This document shows positions 60,414-64,000 of a stretch of DNA of 64,000 nucleotides, piece after piece; within the stretch, counting starts at the first letter, position 1; each line of letters begins with the position of its first letter. Origin of the DNA: Escherichia coli (GTDB lineage Bacteria > Pseudomonadota > Gammaproteobacteria > Enterobacterales > Enterobacteriaceae); the NCBI RefSeq assembly GCF_003334385.1, contig NZ_QOWN01000001.1; one strand, given 5' to 3'. The notes beneath the pieces were generated by a model, which saw only the letters and a list, made by a program, of their open reading frames with translations, had not been told where the DNA came from and did no database searches. The position numbers were made by a program, and so were the translations under genes.

Positions 60414-60429
60414 TGTGATCTACAGCATG
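60414..60429. promoter_or_regulatory. weaker CRP-like site
   Basis: TGTGATCTACAGCATG, one perfect half-site only. Confidence 0.4.
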
Positions 60430-60602
60430 TTATGCCTTCGTCATACAATCGTTATGTAACTAAGCAACTCATCACCTCTAAAAATTATTCTTTGGTGTTA
60501 TGGCGAGAATCGCGAACCCGGATTATTGTCAAAATATCAGCCTGACTCCCTTCTGGCTGCCAGCCCAAAAACAACACTGATAAACGTGAATCCGAGGCAG
60601 AT

Positions 60603-60965
60603 ATGTTTCTAAACTATTTCGCGTTGGGAGTGCTGATCTTCGTCTTTCTGGTGATTTTTTATGGAATCATCGCGATACATGACATCCCTTATCTGATTGC
60701 CAAAAAGCGCAACCATCCCCATGCCGACGCTATTCATACGGCGGGCTGGGTGAGCCTGTTTACTCTGCATGTTATCTGGCCGTTTCTGTGGATCTGGGCG
60801 ACGCTCTATCAACCGGAGCGTGGCTGGGGTATGCAGTCACATGTTGCGTCGCAGGAGAAAGCGACTGACCCGGAAATCGCCGCACTTTCTGACCGAATTT
60901 CCCGGCTGGAGCATCAACTCGCCGCCGAGAAAAAGACTGACTATTCCACGTTCCCGGAGATCTAA
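60603..60965 (+). CDS. yibI: DUF3302-family small inner membrane protein
   Basis: 120-aa [69 protein letters not shown]... (two TM helices, charged C-tail). Confidence 0.9.
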   Translation: MFLNYFALGVLIFVFLVIFYGIIAIHDIPYLIAKKRNHPHADAIHTAGWVSLFTLHVIWPFLWIWATLYQPERGWGMQSHVASQEKATDPEIAALSDRISRLEHQLAAEKKTDYSTFPEI

Positions 60966-60967
60966 TT

Positions 60968-62104
60968 ATGGATCTATTGATTGTTTTAACTTACGTGGCG
61001 CTGGCGTGGGCGGTCTTTAAAATCTTCCGCATTCCGGTAAATCAGTGGACGCTGGCGACGGCGGCGCTGGGAGGCGTGTTTCTGGTGAGTGGTTTGATTT
61101 TGTTGATGAACTACAACCACCCTTACACTTTTACCGCGCAAAAGGCAGTGATAGCGATCCCTATCACGCCACAGGTGACGGGAATTGTTACTGAAGTCAC
61201 TGACAAGAATAATCAGCTTATTCAAAAGGGCGAGGTGCTTTTTAAGCTCGACCCGGTTCGTTACCAGGCGCGAGTTGACAGACTTCAGGCTGACCTGATG
61301 ACGGCGACGCATAATATAAAGACGCTGCGTGCGCAGCTCACTGAAGCGCAGGCCAACACCACCCAGGTTTCAGCGGAGCGCGACCGTCTGTTTAAAAATT
61401 ATCAACGTTACTTGAAAGGCAGCCAGGCGGCGGTGAATCCGTTCTCGGAACGTGACATCGACGATGCGCGGCAAAATTTCCTCGCGCAGGATGCGCTGGT
61501 GAAAGGCTCGGTGGCGGAGCAGGCGCAGATCCAGAGCCAGCTCGACAGTATGGTTAACGGCGAGCAATCGCAGATTGTGAGCTTAAGAGCGCAACTTACT
61601 GAAGCAAAATATAACCTTGAGCAGACTGTCATTCGCGCGCCGAGCAATGGCTACGTTACTCAGGTACTGATCCGCCCAGGTACATACGCAGCTGCCTTGC
61701 CGCTGCGTCCGGTGATGGTCTTCATCCCCGAGCAAAAACGGCAAATTGTCGCCCAATTTCGGCAAAACTCGCTGTTACGTCTGAAACCCGGCGATGATGC
61801 GGAAGTGGTGTTTAACGCGCTACCTGGGCAGGTGTTTCACGGCAAACTGACTAGTATTTTACCTGTCGTGCCAGGCGGTTCTTATCAGGCGCAGGGGGTA
61901 TTGCAATCATTAACGGTCGTGCCCGGCACGGACGGTGTGCTGGGAACCATTGAACTGGACCCTAACGATGATATCGATGCCTTACCCGACGGCATCTACG
62001 CCCAGGTGGCGGTTTACTCCGACCATTTCAGCCATGTTTCGGTGATGCGGAAAGTGCTGCTAAGAATGACCAGCTGGATGCATTATCTTTATTTGGATCA
62101 TTGA
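60968..62104 (+). CDS. yibH: HlyD-family membrane fusion-like protein
   Basis: 378-aa ORF; N-terminal TM, coiled-coil middle ([24 protein letters not shown]), barrel-like C-terminus; starts 2 nt after the yibI stop. Confidence 0.9.
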   Translation: MDLLIVLTYVALAWAVFKIFRIPVNQWTLATAALGGVFLVSGLILLMNYNHPYTFTAQKAVIAIPITPQVTGIVTEVTDKNNQLIQKGEVLFKLDPVRYQARVDRLQADLMTATHNIKTLRAQLTEAQANTTQVSAERDRLFKNYQRYLKGSQAAVNPFSERDIDDARQNFLAQDALVKGSVAEQAQIQSQLDSMVNGEQSQIVSLRAQLTEAKYNLEQTVIRAPSNGYVTQVLIRPGTYAAALPLRPVMVFIPEQKRQIVAQFRQNSLLRLKPGDDAEVVFNALPGQVFHGKLTSILPVVPGGSYQAQGVLQSLTVVPGTDGVLGTIELDPNDDIDALPDGIYAQVAVYSDHFSHVSVMRKVLLRMTSWMHYLYLDH

Positions 62105-62142
62105 GGGGGAGGGGGGAGATTATGGAACTTTGCTCCTTGTAA

Positions 62143-62400
62143 GGACTAATTATTTTTGCATATTACTTCATTAGCTGCGATGATTTTTCTTTAATATTCA
62201 TTATGTTAATAAGTTCTGGATGAGTGTGCTCTCATTGGATTTTTTATCCGTCTTGTTCTGCCGCAGGATGAGACTATACATCGTCGAGATCGCAATGATG
62301 ATATGAGTTGTTCCTCCTGCGACGGCTCTAATCAAAAAAGAGCAGGAGTGCTTTTCCATCTATTGCGATGATGGCTTTATTATCTGAAGGATGACAGTCA
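62143..62400 (-). pseudogene. degenerate fragment of an ISAs1-family (H-repeat-associated) transposase gene
   Basis: Minus-strand translations in shifting frames: ...PSDNKAIIAIDGKALLLFFD*, ...LRQNKTDKKSNESTLIQNLLT**, ...NIMNIKEKIIAANEVICKNN*. They resemble the conserved AIDGK.LR and KTDEKSNEI..IP.LL..LDIKG...T.DA..CQ blocks of H-rpt transposases (from memory); many stops and shifts. Confidence 0.45.
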
Positions 62401-62563
62401 CATTTAAAAAATATTTAATCTATAGATCACAATGTAGGGTCATGGAATATATGTATACAACTATTTTCTTCTTCACTTTTAATTATCGTATTCATTATAA
62501 AACTAAGTTAAAAAAACTCCTGGAGAGTGAGTTATTAATATATTTTTAAATAAAATTAAGTTA

Positions 62564-63084
62564 TCATTCATCGATGCACTTTATAGAATCATCAATGGCC
62601 ATAATAGTACTATTAACTCTCAATTTTATATTTTTATCATCACTACAAATATTAACTGAATTTATATCAATGATTTTTTTATTCTTATCTTTTATTTTAT
62701 TTACTGTTTCAATGCAATCAGCGGCAAGTTGGAGTGGATTTAGATTTTTCAGATATGGTCTTATGATCTTTCCCTTACTTAATAAATAGCATGTATAGGA
62801 TTCGGAAAGTCCAGCATCTATTTTGTACCTCATTATATTAGATAAGGATGTGAGAAATTCCTTGTTATCATTCGCAGCCATATATGCCAGTCCGAGTTCA
62901 GCCTCTGCGGCCTTACAGGCAAAATAGCTTAGTGAACACGCTTTTCGTCCCTCTTTAGTACTGGCTGATATTAGTGCCCATAATATTGCTTTGTCTGCCA
63001 AATCTAACTCTCTCTGAAATTGTCTTGCAGTAACTGCACTCGCAGAAATAGAGAAAAAAATACAATTGTTAATAACCTTGCCAT
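62564..63084 (-). pseudogene. immunity-like gene following the orphan Rhs toxin tip; signal peptide separated from the body by a frameshift
   Basis: ATG 63084 lies 5 nt after the toxin stop and encodes MARLLTIVFFSLFLRVQLLQDNFRES*. One extra T in the T7 run (63054-63060) would fuse MARLLTIVFFFSISASA|VTARQFQRELD to the 145-aa ORF (TTG 63001) LADKAILWALISASTKEGRK... Confidence 0.5.
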
Positions 63085-63089
63085 ATTTT

Positions 63090-63668
63090 TTAGTCCGTAA
63101 CTGTTAATGTGCTATCTGGCTCTGAAAATATTAACTCATTTAATTTTTGCATGTCATTAGATAAACCAGTTATACAACCCTCGGAACAGAATCGAGGTCC
63201 TAAAGACGGACCAAAAGCGTTTAAACAACTATGTATTGAAAATCCATTGCGATTATAAGTTCCTGTATTAACTGACGGTACTAATCGTATGCCGTCAGGT
63301 TTTCTATTGCTTGCTCCCGGGTCATTAACATTCCAACTCCATAGGCCTTGAGGTATTGGCCATCTATTTATAAATGTGTACAACGGGGATTATTTTTACA
63401 TTGCATATTATTACCAGAAGCGACTGGAATACTAAGCACATCATAAAAATTATCATCACATGGTATATCTGAAACACACGAAAGCATACCTAAAGTTATG
63501 CTGTATAAACAGGTGGCTAATCCCAAGGGGATCGATTCCAGAAATCGGGTTCAACGGATACTGATAAAAATTCCACCTACCTTCCAGCCCAATCGGAGCC
63601 TGAGTGTTATACCGCCCCTGCTGCGGTTAATGTTACCGATAATAGTTATAGTACAGCCCTGATTCATC
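63090..63668 (-). pseudogene. orphan Rhs C-terminal toxin cassette (Rhs core-tail remnant + YkuD/Tlde1-like domain), disrupted
   Basis: Minus strand: [46 protein letters not shown](L), the end of an Rhs core with the DPxGL boundary. The tip is readable only across two C4-run frameshifts (63527-30, 63385-88), ending in the 97-aa ORF ...WPIPQGLW...NGFSIHSCLNAFGPSLGPRFCSEGCITG... Confidence 0.55.
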
Positions 63669-63707
63669 ATCATACTACTGCTGCGGCAGTCTGATGAACT
63701 ATTGCTT

Positions 63708-64000
63708 TTACGGATTCTCCTTATTCTTCCTTCTATCCATTCGCTTTAGCTTTTTGAGCTCTTGAAGTTTGCTCTTTGCATCAATATTACCGTTATTTAC
63801 AGCGAATTCCATCCAATAAATAGCTCTATTCAAATTATAATATTCTGATAATGTTGGATTTGTATCTGATAAAAAGACCCCATAATTAAACTGCGCTGTA
63901 ACATTCCCCTGAGATGCTGATCTTTCCAAGAATCGCAATTGTTTGTAAATGTTATTTTTAGTAAAGCAGTAATATTGATATAGTCGAAATGATGCCTCTG
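63708..64000 (-). CDS. yibG: Sel1/TPR-like repeat protein, C-terminal part (gene continues beyond right edge)
   Basis: The frame is open to the window edge (...EASFRLYQYYCFTKNNIYKQLRFLERSASQGNVTAQFNYGVFLSD...AIYWMEFAVNNGNIDAKSKLQELKK...). Sel1-like A..G...A and A..W...A...G spacing; the yibG name is tentative, from position in the rhsA tail. Confidence 0.45.
   Translation of the reverse strand, partial: EASFRLYQYYCFTKNNIYKQLRFLERSASQGNVTAQFNYGVFLSDTNPTLSEYYNLNRAIYWMEFAVNNGNIDAKSKLQELKKLKRMDRRKNKENP

Overview
The window reads as one contiguous, reverse-complemented stretch of an Escherichia coli K-12-type chromosome, the classical mtl / waa(rfa) / pyrE / spoT region. Gene order left to right: 3' end of yicI, yicH, xanP, gltS, the gmk-rpoZ-spoT-trmH-recG operon (minus strand), ligB, yicG, dinD, yicC, rph-pyrE, slmA-dut-coaBC, yicR, rpmB-rpmG-mutM, coaD-waaA, the complete K-12 core-type LPS cluster (waaQGPSBOJYZU, waaL, hldD-waaF-waaC), htrL, kbl-tdh, waaH, gpmM-envC-yibQ, yibN-grxC-secB-gpsA, cysE, trmL, lldPRD, yibL, yibT, mtlADR, yibI-yibH. 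It ends in the AT-rich distal tail of an Rhs locus. I count about 75 protein genes, several REP/BIME-type repeats, and known regulatory sites: the dinD LexA box, pyrE attenuator, JUMPstart/ops, LldR operators and a CRP array. I saw no tRNA, rRNA, CRISPR array or intact mobile element. rph is full length, so this is not the MG1655/W3110 rph-1 allele. All intergenic gaps over about 250 bp are accounted for by known regulatory regions or gene remnants, and I found no convincing large undescribed multi-gene system hidden in the core. The best candidate for a second look is the last 1.9 kb (62.1-64 kb). It holds an orphan Rhs toxin tip with a YkuD/Tlde1-like motif broken by two compensating homopolymer frameshifts. 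Next to it is an immunity-like gene whose signal peptide is detached by a 1-nt homopolymer deficit, plus an H-repeat transposase remnant and a Sel1-repeat gene. Lesser items are the yibI-yibH module, the signal-peptide-like N-terminus of LigB, the AT-rich mosaic waaS-waaL block, the htrL islet, and composite G/C-rich palindromic repeats. Gene identities come from recognising the translated ORFs and synteny from memory; no database search was possible.
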